Shown here piece after piece: positions 13,091 to 25,573 of a stretch of DNA of 64,000 nucleotides. The translations under genes and the position numbers were made by a program. Source of the DNA: Podarcis vaucheri (taxonomy: Eukaryota); the NCBI GenBank assembly GCA_965113315.1, contig OZ220370.1; one strand, written 5' to 3'. The notes beneath the pieces are model-generated. The model was not told where the DNA came from, searched no databases, and was given only the letters and a program-made list of their open reading frames with translations. Position 1 is the first letter of the stretch. Each line of letters begins with the position of its first letter.

Positions 13091-13524
13091 ACTTTATATT
13101 TTTAAGAAAAACTAATAATCTCCAAGCAGCTTACAGCCTACATTAAAATATCAAATAAAACAATTGAGAATAAAACATTACAGAAGAAAGTCAAGGCAAC
13201 ATAATTGACAGGAAACTAAAATATTAAAGATTTCAAAAAACAAACAAACCCATTGCTAAAGGAAGTCAAATATAAAATGCCAATGGTGGTCATGGCAGAT
13301 GGTGGCTGTGGAAGCAAAGGCTCAATGACCTGGGTCTGTACTTAGAGATAGCTAAGACGTAGCTAGGGTCTCCTCAGCAGCTTCAGCTTCTGTAGGTGGA
13401 GTCAGTCAGGGCCCAACCCTTCCAGGCCAGGTGGAAATAAGGCCTACAAGGCAGGGAGCAGGTCTTCCAGGACCAAGATGCTTAGGTCTTGAGGACCAAG
13501 CTGGTTGGCCTGAGGAGCCCAGCG

Positions 13525-13917
13525 AGGCCTCATTTGCACACCACTTTAAATCATAATTTAATGTGAACATGTAGCATACTGGTGCGCTCTGCTGAAATCT
13601 TGGGCAGTTTGCTTCTCTTTTGCTCCTGCCGCACTGTGAGGAAAGAAGCATGGTCTGGCTTAGCGCTATGACTGAACCCTGGCTCACAGCTTATTTCTCT
13701 CCAAACAAGTGACGAGTGGTAACAATCCTAGATTGTTCTTGGCTTACTCCTTGTGGTTTGTTTGGGGGGGGGGAAACAAGCCATGAGTCTAGGTTTAGAC
13801 ATAATGCTAAGCCAGACTGGCTGCATGGCAGCAAATAAGACTGGGAGAGGAGAGAAGAACCAATGATTTACCAGCATAGTTTAAGCTATGGTTTAAAGTT
13901 ACGTGCAAAGCAGGCCT
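13525..13917. mobile_element. Old palindromic MITE (PIF/Harbinger-like)
   Basis: Imperfect TIR of about 30 bp: AGGCCTCATTTGCACACCACTTTAAATCATA and TATGGTTTAAAGTTACGTGCAAAGCAGGCCT. Confidence 0.55.
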
Positions 13918-15577
13918 TTGTCTGTATGCTCAAAATACAGAGTCCTCTTTAGATGCAGAAGAGGAGTCTGCAGGGGTGCCAATAAAATATAAATATTGGT
14001 AATAAAATATTGGTAAGCCCTGCCCTGCATAATCGATCACATGATGCGATGCACACATATCATTTGAATGGCAGTGCCCATCAACTTTGTCCTCCCCCCC
14101 CGCCATCTCAAATATTTTACGGGGGGGGGGGGAGAGCAAAGCTCCCTTGGCCCCTTGGAGTTGGCTCCTATGGGAGTCTGCAACATTATGCAGGTAGCAT
14201 GAACCTATTGATTAGCCAGGCCTGATACAAATATTGCCAGGAAGACTACCCTTTAGCAGTTGCCTGGACCTCAGGCTCAAAGCTTTTGATCTTCAGGGTC
14301 AAACCTTCAGCTACTGACTTCAAGTTTCCTGACACTGCCTCCAGCCCCTAGTGTCACCCAGACAGGACCTGTAGGAATGTATAATACACAACCACACACA
14401 TATATACTAGGAGGCAGTATTTTACAAGCATATACTCCACACACACCCCACCCCCAAAGCCAGAAAATGTAAAAATAACATGATAGCAAAGTCTGTGATA
14501 ACAGTAGCAACATCCATTAGCCGAGTCTATGGTGACGATGATGCCACCAATAATGTTCCATCTCAGGCAAGGCAACAGGAGGGTTAAAGCTGTTTGTACC
14601 AATTATTGACTCCAAGATCTACAAACGATTGCATAAAATTTTCCAAAATATGCCTGCGAGCTTTTATTATTGATGTTGTGCCTTAAGATGTGCACATATG
14701 GGTTTAATTGTCTAAATGGTTTTATTAATTAAATTGCTATGATTTACTTCTCCCATGCTAGCATTTACGGTGTATGAAATAGCCCTGTAATTAGAAAATG
14801 ACTACATGGATGTTGCTTGTTTACTTTGCAAGCAATACATAATAGCACTATCTCCTGCGTTTGAAGCCGCCCTCCTAGACTCCTGTCCCCCCCCCCTTTT
14901 CCTGAATAATAGGCAAATGCTGCTGGTGCGTTAAATTGCTTTTTGGGTGACGAGGAGAAGATAACTGTGCAGGGTATTTCTCCCCCTGTTGAAACGCATC
15001 CATTTGTTCAGGCAGAGTTTGATCCAGAACATACATACTTTTAGTATTTTCTGCTAAAGTAGGACTGAGTCCATAAAGGAGGGATTACACAAATTTCTTT
15101 CATGAAGACAAGCTAGCCTTAGGCTGAAACTACAGATGAAGGCAATAGACTCACGTCTTTAAACCTGAACCCGTACCAATCACTGCGTCTGTGTGTCCAA
15201 TTTTAAAAGCAAAAGGGCACATAAGCAGTGTGCGCTGAATCTCCCCCACTTGCACCTTATCCTCCCATAGACTATGTACACGTTAGCGGCTTTAGCTGCA
15301 TGGAGGTGATTTCCCCGCAACTGTGTTTCAAGTCACATGTGCATGTTGCTGTGCACACCAGAGAGGGGATGGGATTGTCTTCACCTGATTTGGTTTCCCC
15401 ACATCTGTACCCCCGTTCCTCCCAACTCCTCTCACCTGAGCATGTGAAACGGCTGTCTCAAATGTACACCCCTCAGATAAATTGCAAAGTGAATGCAGCC
15501 TACGTTTTCAAATGTGGTGGAAGCAGGTTTTTTTTCCGGGGGGGGGGACACCCACCAAATAGCTGCATTTCTCAAGG

Positions 15578-16069
15578 ATTAAAAAGCAGAGACATCACCT
15601 TGCCAACAAAGGTCTGTATAGTTAAAGCCATGGTTTCCCCACTAGTGATGTATAGAAGTGAGAGCTGGACCATAAAGAAGGCCGATCGCCGAAGAATTGA
15701 TGCTTTTGAATTATGGTGCTGGAGGAGACTCTTGAGAGTCCCATGGACTGCAAGAAGATCAAACCTCTCCATTCTGAAGGAAATCAGCCCTGAGTGCTCA
15801 CTGGAAGGACAGATCCTGAAGCTGAGGCTCCAATACTTTGGCCACCTCATGAGAAGAGAAGACTCCCTGGAAAAGACCCTGATGTTGGGAAAGATGGAGG
15901 GCACAAGGAGAAGGGGATGACAGAGGACGAGATGGTTGGGCAATGTTCTCGAAGCTACAAACATGAGTTTGACCAAACTGTGGGAGGCAGTGGAAGACAG
16001 GAGTGCCTGGCATGCTCTGGTCCATGGGGTCACAAAGAGTCGGACACGACTAAACGACTAAACAACAAC
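15578..16069 (+). mobile_element. RTE-BovB LINE 3' fragment
   Basis: Translation LKSRDITLPTKV...IDAFELWCWRRLLRVPWTARRSN...YFGHLMRR. Premature TGA at 15918 and a (CAA)n tail. Confidence 0.95.
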
Positions 16070-16597
16070 AAAGGTAAAGGTAAAGGGACCCCTGACAATT
16101 AGGTCCAGTCGTGACCGACTCTGGGGTTGCGGCGTTCATCTCGCTTTATTGGCCGAGGGAGCCGGCATACAACTTCTGGGTCATGTGGCCAGAATGACTA
16201 AGCCGCTTCTGGCAAACCAGAGCAGTGCACAGAAACACCGTTTACCTTCCTGCTGGAGCGATACCTACCGTATTTTTTGCACCATAACACTCACTTTTTT
16301 CCTCCTAAAAAGTAAGGGGAAATGTCTGTGTGTGTTATGGAGGGAATGCCTACAGGTGGCATGCCTACGCATTTTCCTCTTCTAAAAACTATGTTTGTGT
16401 TATGGTCGGGTGCGTGTTATAGAGCGAAAAATACGGTATTTATCTACTTGCACTTTGATGTGCTTTCGAACTACTAGGTTGGCAGGAGCAGGGACCGAGC
16501 AACGGGAGCTCGCCCTGTCATGGGGATTCAAACCACCGACCTTCTGATCAGCAAGCCGTAGGCTCTGTAGTTTAACCCACAGCGCCACCCGCGTCCC
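16070..16597 (-). mobile_element. Sauria SINE interrupted by a MITE
   Basis: Reverse complement of the 5679 copy, split at 16267/16437. Confidence 0.93.
16268..16436. mobile_element. Tc1/mariner MITE
   Basis: TIR CCGTATTTTT(T/C)GC with TA TSD. Confidence 0.88.
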
Positions 16598-18950
16598 ATA
16601 ATCAAGTGTACATGTTTGCAAACACCAATGGTGTGTGTGCACTGCAGCCAAAGTAAAGGGTAATGTGTACACAGCCATAGTCTACGCAATGAAACTACTA
16701 TATTGGCTGGGACAATGGTGCCTGGGCAGTTTAGGGGTCTTGTTGGGGGTAGAGGGTCTGGATGGGTGTGCAAGCCTGAACACTCCTCAGTGGAGCACCT
16801 ATTTTTGCTCTTTAAATTAGAACCTAATCCTTGCTTCAGACATGACTGTAATAGATCTTTAAGCATATGGCTCTGCCACTACGACACGTAGTTTGAGCCT
16901 AATAGCATGAAGTCAAAATTGTGCTCAAAGAACCTTTTTATGTTACAGCTAATGGTGTTTTGATTTTTCTTTCTTTAATGAGTCATTTCATCATTTGTTT
17001 AAAAAACGTTACAGATGTCTGCCTCGAAGTCATGCACATCTGGATTTACTGGATTTCTAACAAGTGCAGAGCTTTCGGTATATGTGAAAATCATCTGACT
17101 GGACCTTGTGATTTATAAGTAGATGTCTTACTGGCATAGGCTGTTAATGCTCTTGTTGAAATAGCCATTCCCCCCCCTTCTTGATTGTTATTTCTAGCGA
17201 GCTTCTAATTAGGTTTAGATTGGTACATTTTTCCTCTGTTGTAGCGCTCGTGCATTATTATTTTATTAAATCCCCCATTAAGATTATAAGGCGAGGCAAA
17301 TTTTTTGAAAACGATCAACCATAATCCTACGCTTTTCCAACCAGATAGTTTGTAATGTTTTAGTTTGCTCTGCAAAGCTGCTCGATGCCCAATCAGGGCA
17401 AGCTTGTTCTGCCTACCCACAAGAAGCAGCAGCAGTGGCGGCGGCAGCCCCTGGCTGGGACAGGGGTTGGGGGTGGGTGGGGAGGAGGACTACTTGCCCC
17501 CCTCGCCTCTTCTTCCAGCTCCCCCCCCCCCAGTGCTGCTTCTCCGGCCCGCCACAAGGTCTGAGGGAGAGTGGACCAGCCCGTGGTTAAATTTTTTTGC
17601 TGACCCCTGGACTAGGAGGAGTTAACAAGGGAAGCAGTGGAAGTGAAGGAAACTAGCACAGGGCTGTCTGAGATGACATTTCCTGGAGTTTTGTTGGCGA
17701 GGAGGAGGAGGGAGCCAGCAGCGGACATTTTGCCAAAACCCAGACATTTTGACAAATTTTAAAAATCCACCTGGACAGACATTTTAGCCCTGAAAAAGAG
17801 AGCATGCCCAGGAAAATCCAGACACATAGCAACCCTAGCCTATCTAGGAAACATGCGTTGTTGGTTTGACTGCATTGTAAATATTCCACAGTTGCATGCA
17901 ATGGCAGAGCTTCTTGCAGGCAGGGTGGGGCTGGTGCGTGTCCTGGGGGTGGGGCGGCCAGTGTGCGCGGGGGGGGCAGCCGCGATGGCACCCTGCTGGG
18001 ATCACGCTGCCGGGGGCAGTGCGCTCCCCTCGCACGCCTCTTCCTCTGCCAGTGGTTGCATGGTACTGATATGTCTTCCCTTTGCTCAAAGATTGTGAAT
18101 ATATTTCTCTGAGGGGAAAAACCGGGCACCTATGGTGCTTTCACCAAGCTGTTTTCCTTTCATATTTAATATCGCTCCATTTATATTATGCGTGGACACT
18201 GCTTCTTTGAGTGGCCTATATTTGGTTATTATACATGAGTGTATAAGAGTGAAAAGGGGGGGGGGATCAGGCTCCCAACTATGGTGCAAATAGTTAACCT
18301 TTATTAATTGCCACCAATGAAAAGGTGAGTCCATGTACATTGTCTCTTTGATACTATCCCTTGTGCCAATATTAATCTTACATTTCAATCTATGACTTTT
18401 GTGTCGCCACTTTCCTTCTCATTAAGTGCTATCCAAATCCTATATTACTTCTGAGAACAAAAAGAGCCACTGGTGTGAATTCGTCATTAACATGCTAAAG
18501 AGTTCTGCTCTAATAACAGTGTGACCTGCTCCTTTGTATGTTAATACAGCTTGTGTCTAGGAATCTCGAATGCAGCCCTTTGCTAAACACAGGGAGACCA
18601 CTTGAAGACACAAAGGGAAAGGGGGGGGATTTATGTGAACCAATAATAATGGTAAATGGTTAATGCATTGCTTTTCACCAACACACACTCTACTGAATGC
18701 TTCTGCAAATTAATTATACATGCCATAAAGGAAGTTGTTTGCAACAAGAAGGTTAAGGGGTGGGAGGAGAGAATTTTGCCCGCTGGAAACAGAAACCACT
18801 CTCCCCGGAGACATGACTTTTCACATTTAAGCAGCACCATTTTGCAGGAGCATGTGCTTGAGCTGGAGCAGCAACCTTGGAATTTCCAGCCCCAATTCCA
18901 TGCATAGGTTTCAAGGATCCTCTTTCCAGGGCAACAAGGGGCAAAGGATA

Positions 18951-19173
18951 AGGTACCTCAGGTTACAAAGACTTCGGGTTACAGAGTCCGCTAACCCGGA
19001 AGTAGTACCTCAGCTTAAGAACTTCACCTCAGGATGAGAACAGAATTTGTGTGCCGGTGGCGCAGCAGAAGCGGGAGGCCCCATCAGCTAAAGTGGTCCC
19101 TCAGGTTAAGAACAGTTTCAGGTTAAGAACAGACCTCCGGACCGAATTAAGTTCGTAACGAGAGGTACCACTG
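18951..19173 (+). mobile_element. MITE family T1 (left TIR clipped)
   Basis: Aligns to the other T1 copies. Confidence 0.88.
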
Positions 19174-19608
19174 TACATAAATGCTGACATGGGAGTAAAC
19201 ATGCATGCTTGGCCTTAAGAGAGAGGCAAATGATCTCCCGTGTTGGCATTTCCAGTGGTGGCCCATGAATGGGGCAGGGCTGCACTCCCAACACCGTTGC
19301 TGCTAACCTAGAAGGGGGGGGAGAGCAGGGTGGTGGGGTCAATGCGCAGGTGCACCGCTGGGGCTGCCCGATTGGCCAGTGGTGGCCCCTCTGGTGGCCC
19401 CAACCTCATTGCCACCCCAGCCCAACCTCATCTGGGGAAGCTGCACCAATGTTGTGTTGGGAGGGCAGCTCTGCCCCACCACCCACACCAGTTCTGCATC
19501 AGGTCCTGCTTGAGGGCTTGCCATAGGCATCCAGTTGGCCAATGAATGAACAGGATGTTGGCTTAGGTGGGCCTCAAACGAAAACTAGCTATTTATAAAT
19601 TATTATTA

Positions 19609-19850
19609 CAGTGGTACCTCAGGTTGCATATGCTTCAGGTTACATATGCTTCAGGTTACAGACTCCGCTAACCCAGAAATAGTACCTCGGGTTAAGAACT
19701 TTGCTTTAGGATGAGAACAGAAATTGTGCTCTGGAGGCTAGGCAGCAGCAGGAGGCCCCATTAGCTAAAGTGGTGCTTCAGGTTAAGAACAGTTTCAGGT
19801 TAAGAACGGGCTGCCAGAACGAATTAAATACTTAACCCGAGGTACCACTG
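19609..19850 (+). mobile_element. MITE family T1 with a duplicated subterminal unit
   Basis: TIRs, TA TSD, and CATATGCTTCAGGTTA twice. Confidence 0.92.
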
Positions 19851-20154
19851 TATTCCAGAAGAGACCTGAAGGCAGGGAAGTTTTATTATTATATTGTGTT
19901 TTTATATGTGTTGGAGGAGGCCGCCCAGTGTGGCTATCAATAAACAGTTGAGCATTTTCTGCCCTTAAAATCCTACAGAGGAGCCTTCCTCCTGGTTGTG
20001 CCTGTTTGTGTTTGGCAAGAACTCCAGAAAGTCCCATATTTTGGCACTCCCTACTAAGGGAGACTTGTTTCACTGCTGGATTTCCACTAGGAGGCAAAAA
20101 ACTCAGTTTTTCTCTACCACTCTGTGTTTTAATCTGCATTTTTAAAATTCTGTG

Positions 20155-20400
20155 GGTTTTTTTATAATATTTTTATTCATTTTCAAATACAAATTTATAT
20201 AACCAATATCAGAATTTATCACATAATCTTCTTTTTTTTTTACTTCCCCCAGTTTCTCTGCCAATCTTCCGTTTTGTTTATTTATTCACACATTTTCTAA
20301 TTTCAATATTGCCTTTGAAATATACTGTAACCTCCCCAATCTTATTCCCTTTTTTACAATATTCCTCATATTTTCACAGAACATCTTGAAAACCTACAAC
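20155..20400 (-). mobile_element. Probable L1 3' UTR fragment
   Basis: T-tract plus TTTATT at the left end, pyrimidine-rich body. Confidence 0.45.
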
Positions 20401-21968
20401 CTAAAATTCTGTTTTTAAATGGCTGGCATTTGCAGTAAAGCATGTTAATCAACTCATACCTCATTTTTATACAGGTTGATTGTGGAAACGCCTTATTATT
20501 TCACTGGATTGGCTTTCTGCTGAGGATTTTTATTGTTGTTAGCCATCTAGAGCTTTGTTAATAGAAAGGTGAGGTGGAAATATCATAAAGAAATGAGAGA
20601 GCACTGGACATTTACCAAACACTTCCCTGCCTGCCCAATTAGAAGCACAACAATGTGAAAATTTAGGGAGGCTCCAGCATGGATGTGGAAGACCCAGTTT
20701 AAAGCTCCATTCAGTAATGGAGCTACTGGGTGGTGTGGGGCCTAACTTACCCTGCAGATGTAATGCGAATAAAAAATAGCATAACTCCATGTATCATAGT
20801 CGGAGCTGCTTTGAGGAAAGACAGGTTACAAATGTGAGAAATACTTTGAATTGGGAATGAAAGGATCTGTCAATTTTCAGGTTTTTTCAGTTTCTCATCT
20901 TTCCAGTCTTAAATTCAGTTCCCCACCTTTCTGTAGCAATTTGCCATTATTATTATTATTAAGAAAAATCCTCATGAAAATCATTCAGCATTTTAGTGTA
21001 GTTGTTTTCCTGATAAACACGTTTTTGTATGCAGCTTTGACTAACGTACACATTTTTGCAGGAAATTTCTTTTAATATAATTCATTTTGGTATGTTATTG
21101 TCACTAGCATCTTCATTTCTTATGTCCGCTTTTGCCTAGCACATATATTATTGAAAACACTGGCTGGAAAACTGCATTGCAAAATTCAGATAACTACGAA
21201 TTTTGAAGGATGCCCTGTGTTTCAATTCTCATTGTTTTTTTGGAAGATAATAAATTTGCCTTTAAAGGAGAACTGAATCGAATCCTTTTTTTTTTTGCCC
21301 CATCCCTATTCTCGATTATAATCTGTCATAATTTTGAATTCTGATTCCATAGAAAAGTCACACCTGAGGGGAGCAGGATGTATGTACTACAGCCAAGCAT
21401 AGAAGCTATGAGATGCGAGAACAAAGCAACACGAAGCATCCGTTGCGTGCCAGTAATCCACAGTAAATAATTGTGAGAACAAACCCAGGATGTGTGAAGC
21501 GTATGGGAAAAGAAGGGAGACTTCACTCACCCCCTCCCCTTTTGCCCTGGGAGAAGCTGCTGAGGTAAATATACAACAAGATTCCCCACCTTCCCCCTGT
21601 CAGCAGGAAGCTAGGAGTCTATGACAACAGCAAGAAGAACAGCAGGATGAAGGGAGGGAGAGAGGGGAAAAAAAAAGACTACCTGCAGCTAAGTTCAAAA
21701 AAAGGTAAATCTTGTTCCTGGACTTTCAAATTGTTACTGTATGTATTTATTTTTACAGAAATACAAATGCCCTTTTACATTATTTAAATGGCATGTAATT
21801 AAGTCGCAAGGTTCTTGGCTGCTGGAGAGGGAAATCCAGCTTGTGCTGTGATTCCAAGCCCAGAGGGCTACAGCGAAGCAGGAGAGGAAGAGAAAGAAAA
21901 AAGAGGGAGGAAGGGGGGAGGGAGGAGGGAGGGGAGAGAGAGAGAGAGAACAGAGTGTTTAACATTCA

Positions 21969-22228
21969 NNNNNNNNNNNNNNNNNNNNNNNNNNNNNNNN
22001 NNNNNNNNNNNNNNNNNNNNNNNNNNNNNNNNNNNNNNNNNNNNNNNNNNNNNNNNNNNNNNNNNNNNNNNNNNNNNNNNNNNNNNNNNNNNNNNNNNNN
22101 NNNNNNNNNNNNNNNNNNNNNNNNNNNNNNNNNNNNNNNNNNNNNNNNNNNNNNNNNNNNNNNNNNNNNNNNNNNNNNNNNNNNNNNNNNNNNNNNNNNN
22201 NNNNNNNNNNNNNNNNNNNNNNNNNNNN
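21969..22228. other. N run (260 nt)
   Basis: Read directly. Confidence 0.99.
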
Positions 22229-23595
22229 TATTTGCGCTGTTAAAGTTGTTGAGTTCTGACATGAATGAACTGCATGGAGGAACTCATTCTCTCTTCCTCT
22301 CTCTCTCTCTCTCCCCCCACCCCCCGTCTCGCCTTCAGCCCTTTTTGTCTGTGGGCTTGTATTGTGCGCGCCTGACAAGGCAACTGACCTGAAAGAGAGA
22401 AAGGGTGGATTATTTATTTATTTATTTATTTTTGCCACGCAAACATGAAAAAGAACATATACTGTTTCCAATCCTCTTGGCAAATCTTCAAGGGCAGGAA
22501 GTTATCCTGAGAAAGTCCCATTCATTTCAGTGGGGCTTGTGCAGAAGGACATAACAGGTGGATTGGGCCCTCATTGTGTATGGTATGTTTAAACTTGAAG
22601 TCATATTTCCGCTAACACTCACGTCTAAGATGCTGGCCCTGGTGTAGTCAATGGCAAAATATTACACCTGCTATTCTGACAGAAGTGTGTTTCTAGTCCC
22701 AACAGAAAGTCCACAAACTAAACAGATGGGCAGCATTTGAAGCTACTCAAAACCACATTATTCTTTTTGATAGTGCCCTTTCTGAGTTTTCTTGGACCAC
22801 AGCTTTCACCATCCCTTTCCATTGGACTTCCCAGCTGGGGCTGAGGGGAGTTGGGGGTCCAATAATGTCTGAAAGGTCACAGGTTCCTCACTCCTGACTT
22901 ATCAGAATAAGGAGAGCCGGTGCTCTAGAATCACGTTTTTAAAAAATGTCCCGTTTTTGCAACCAACACAACTTTCGTGACTGAAATACAGTTCACAGAC
23001 TCAGTAAAATTACATAAGCAGCTTTTATTTAGTCAGCTTGTTCTACTGCACAGTTCTATTTTCCAAAACCAAGATAATCGGGTGTCTTTAGTGCAAGAAC
23101 TGCAACAGCGTTTCAGTGGACATTTTGTGGGCAAAAGTCATCTGGAGCTAATGGTCTGTAAGGACAAGGGGTCCTTACAGACCACCAGAGGTGAGGGATC
23201 TGAGGCATTCCTGATCATGCCGAACTCCACTTCCACCAGCCTCAGCCAGCATGGTCAATTGTAAAGGATGATGAGGCCTGGAGACTAGCAACAAAGTCTT
23301 CTGGGTGGAACACGACACATCAATGGACAAACTTTAGCACACTCTTTCAATGCAATTGATGGTCAATACTTGTAGTGACACAGAGGCAATCCTTTCCACT
23401 TCTGGCACCAGTGTTATGGGATACACTCCCTGAGGAAGTAACAGAGGCCTCATTTGCATAGGCATCCCACCGGGTTTTGACAATGGTCCTGTTTACATTC
23501 CCTTGACTCTTGATCTGACTCTCTTAATTGCTATGTCCCCCCCCCCATCTTTACAGGGCTTGTTTTATTATGTGTTTTAATTAGTGATGAATATA

Positions 23596-23949
23596 CAGTG
23601 GTGCCCCGCAAGACGAATGCCTCGCAAGACGAAAAACTCGCTAGACGAAAGGGTTTTGCGTTTTTTGAGCTGCTTCGCAAGACGAATTTCCCTATGGGCT
23701 TGCTTCGCAAGACGAAAACGTCTTGCAAGTTGGTTTCCTTTTTCTTAACACCGTTAATACAGTTGCGACTTGACTTTGAGGAGCAACTCATAGAACGCGG
23801 TGTGGTAGCCTTTTTTGAGGTTTTTGAAGACTTTGGTGATTTTCGAAGCTTTTCCAAAACTTTCCCGACACTGTGCTTCGCAAGACGAAAAATTCGCTAG
23901 ACGAAAAAACTCACGGAACGAATTAATTTCGTCCTGCGAGGCACCACTG
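23596..23949 (+). mobile_element. Tigger-like MITE, family T2
   Basis: TIR CAGTGGTGCC(C/T)CGCA, TA TSD, repeated CGCAAGACGAA motifs. Confidence 0.9.
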
Positions 23950-24047
23950 TACTTTCATGCTTGCATCATTGGATTTCACACATGTCAACCACTTAAAAGC
24001 CTGTTTTAGTAGTACTCCGTATATTAATTAGCTATTAAGTAACAGTA

Positions 24048-24396
24048 AAGGTAAAGGGTAAAGGGACCCCTGGCCATTAGGTCCAGCCGTGACTGACTCT
24101 GGGGTTGCGGCGCTCATCTCGCTTTATTGGCCGAGGGAGCCGACGTACAGTCATGTGGCCAGCACGACTGAGCTGCTTCTGGCGAACCAGAGCAGCGCAC
24201 GGAAACGCCGTTTACCTTCCCGCCGGAGCGGTGCCTATTTATCTACTTGCACATTGATGTGCTTTCGAACTGCTAGGTTGGCAGGAGCAGGGACCGAGCA
24301 ACGGGAGCTCACCCCGTCGAGGGGATTCGAACCGCCGACCTTCTGATCGGCAAGTCCTAGGCTCTGTGGTTTAACCCACAGCGCCACCCGCGTCTC
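24048..24396 (-). mobile_element. Sauria SINE
   Basis: TSD TATTAAGTAACAGTA at 24033-24047 and 24397-24411. Small internal deletion relative to the 5679 copy. Confidence 0.95.
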
Positions 24397-25260
24397 TATT
24401 AAGTAACAGTAGGATAGGCTATATATATTTATCGAGAAAACATAAATCATTGGCAAGTCTTACCGCAGTTTCTGCTTCAACACTCAAAAATTTGAGCCTC
24501 TTTAGATTTGGATGCTAAACATTTTTTCACAAATTTGTCACATGCTAAGAGTACTTTGCTGTATTTTTAGTTGCAATACGACTCCTTTGCCACCACGGAG
24601 GCCACCTTTGGATTTCTTGATACCCAGCCTCATTTTGGATCCAAAGTTATTAGTGGAAATGAAAAATGGTGTTTGTGTCTCCAACTGTGAATATTCATAT
24701 TCATTCATCTTTCGTGCATGAAAGCCTCCACTTAAAGCAAGAGGAACATAACATTTCTCATCAGTTCTGATCTGTTTAAACTTCATGGCATGTATAGTCA
24801 AACTGCTGACAGGGAGAAGGTACTGTTCTTCCCCCTGCCAATAAATTGTCTCTTAATGGCATAAGCTGCCAAATGCTAAGTGTTATCTTTTGGCTTAGCA
24901 AAAAATAAAAGCTTTCTCTCTTTTGACGAAGCAGTAGAATACTCCACCCCCAGGACCATCAGCACCATAGCCAAGAATCAACACAGGAAAAATCAAGATA
25001 TCTATAGAAACTGGATTTCTAACATTTGGAAAACTACCGGTATCTCCCCTCACAGATGAGTGTGATATGTTTCTTTTATTTCAAACATCATAAAAACAAT
25101 GAGGGGGCTGAATTCAATGCTCACCAGCTGCTCCTTTGCCAGTATGGGCTGAGTTCTACAGAACAGGGGTAGCCCATGCTGTACTCGCCTAAAACTATGG
25201 ACTATCTGCCATCATCCAAGATCGGTGGCCATGCTGGCTGGAGCTGATGATACCTCTAGT

Positions 25261-25573
25261 CAGTGGCGTGGCGTGGGTTGTCAGCACCCGGGGCAAGGCA
25301 AGTAATTTGCGCCCCCTAAGCCGTGGATTTGCGCCCCCTAACCCGTGGATTTGCGCCCCCTAACCCCCAGATGTTGCGCCCGGTGCGGCCCGCCCCCCTG
25401 CACCCCCCACGCTACGCCACTGCGCTCCAGTGGCGTAGCGTGGGTTGTCAGCACCCGGGGCAAGGCAAGTAATTTGCGCCCCCTAACCTGTGGATTTGCG
25501 CCCCCTAACCCTAACCCCCAGATGTTGCGCCCGGTGCGGCCGGCCCCCCTGCACCCCCCACGCTACGCCACTG
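25261..25573 (+). mobile_element. Tandem dimer of a hAT MITE, inside an older MITE (about 25163-25608)
   Basis: Units at 25261-25422 and 25428-25573 with TIR CAGTGGCGT(A/G)GCG. One 8-bp TSD, CCTCTAGT, surrounds the pair. Confidence 0.88.

Noticed and set aside
15228-15920. 230-aa ORF, the longest in the track
   Set aside because: Chance read-through from old MITE or unique sequence into a BovB RT fragment. Not a host gene.
25495-25520. Interstitial telomere remnant (CCCTAA)2
   Set aside because: Only two units, embedded in MITE subterminal repeats.
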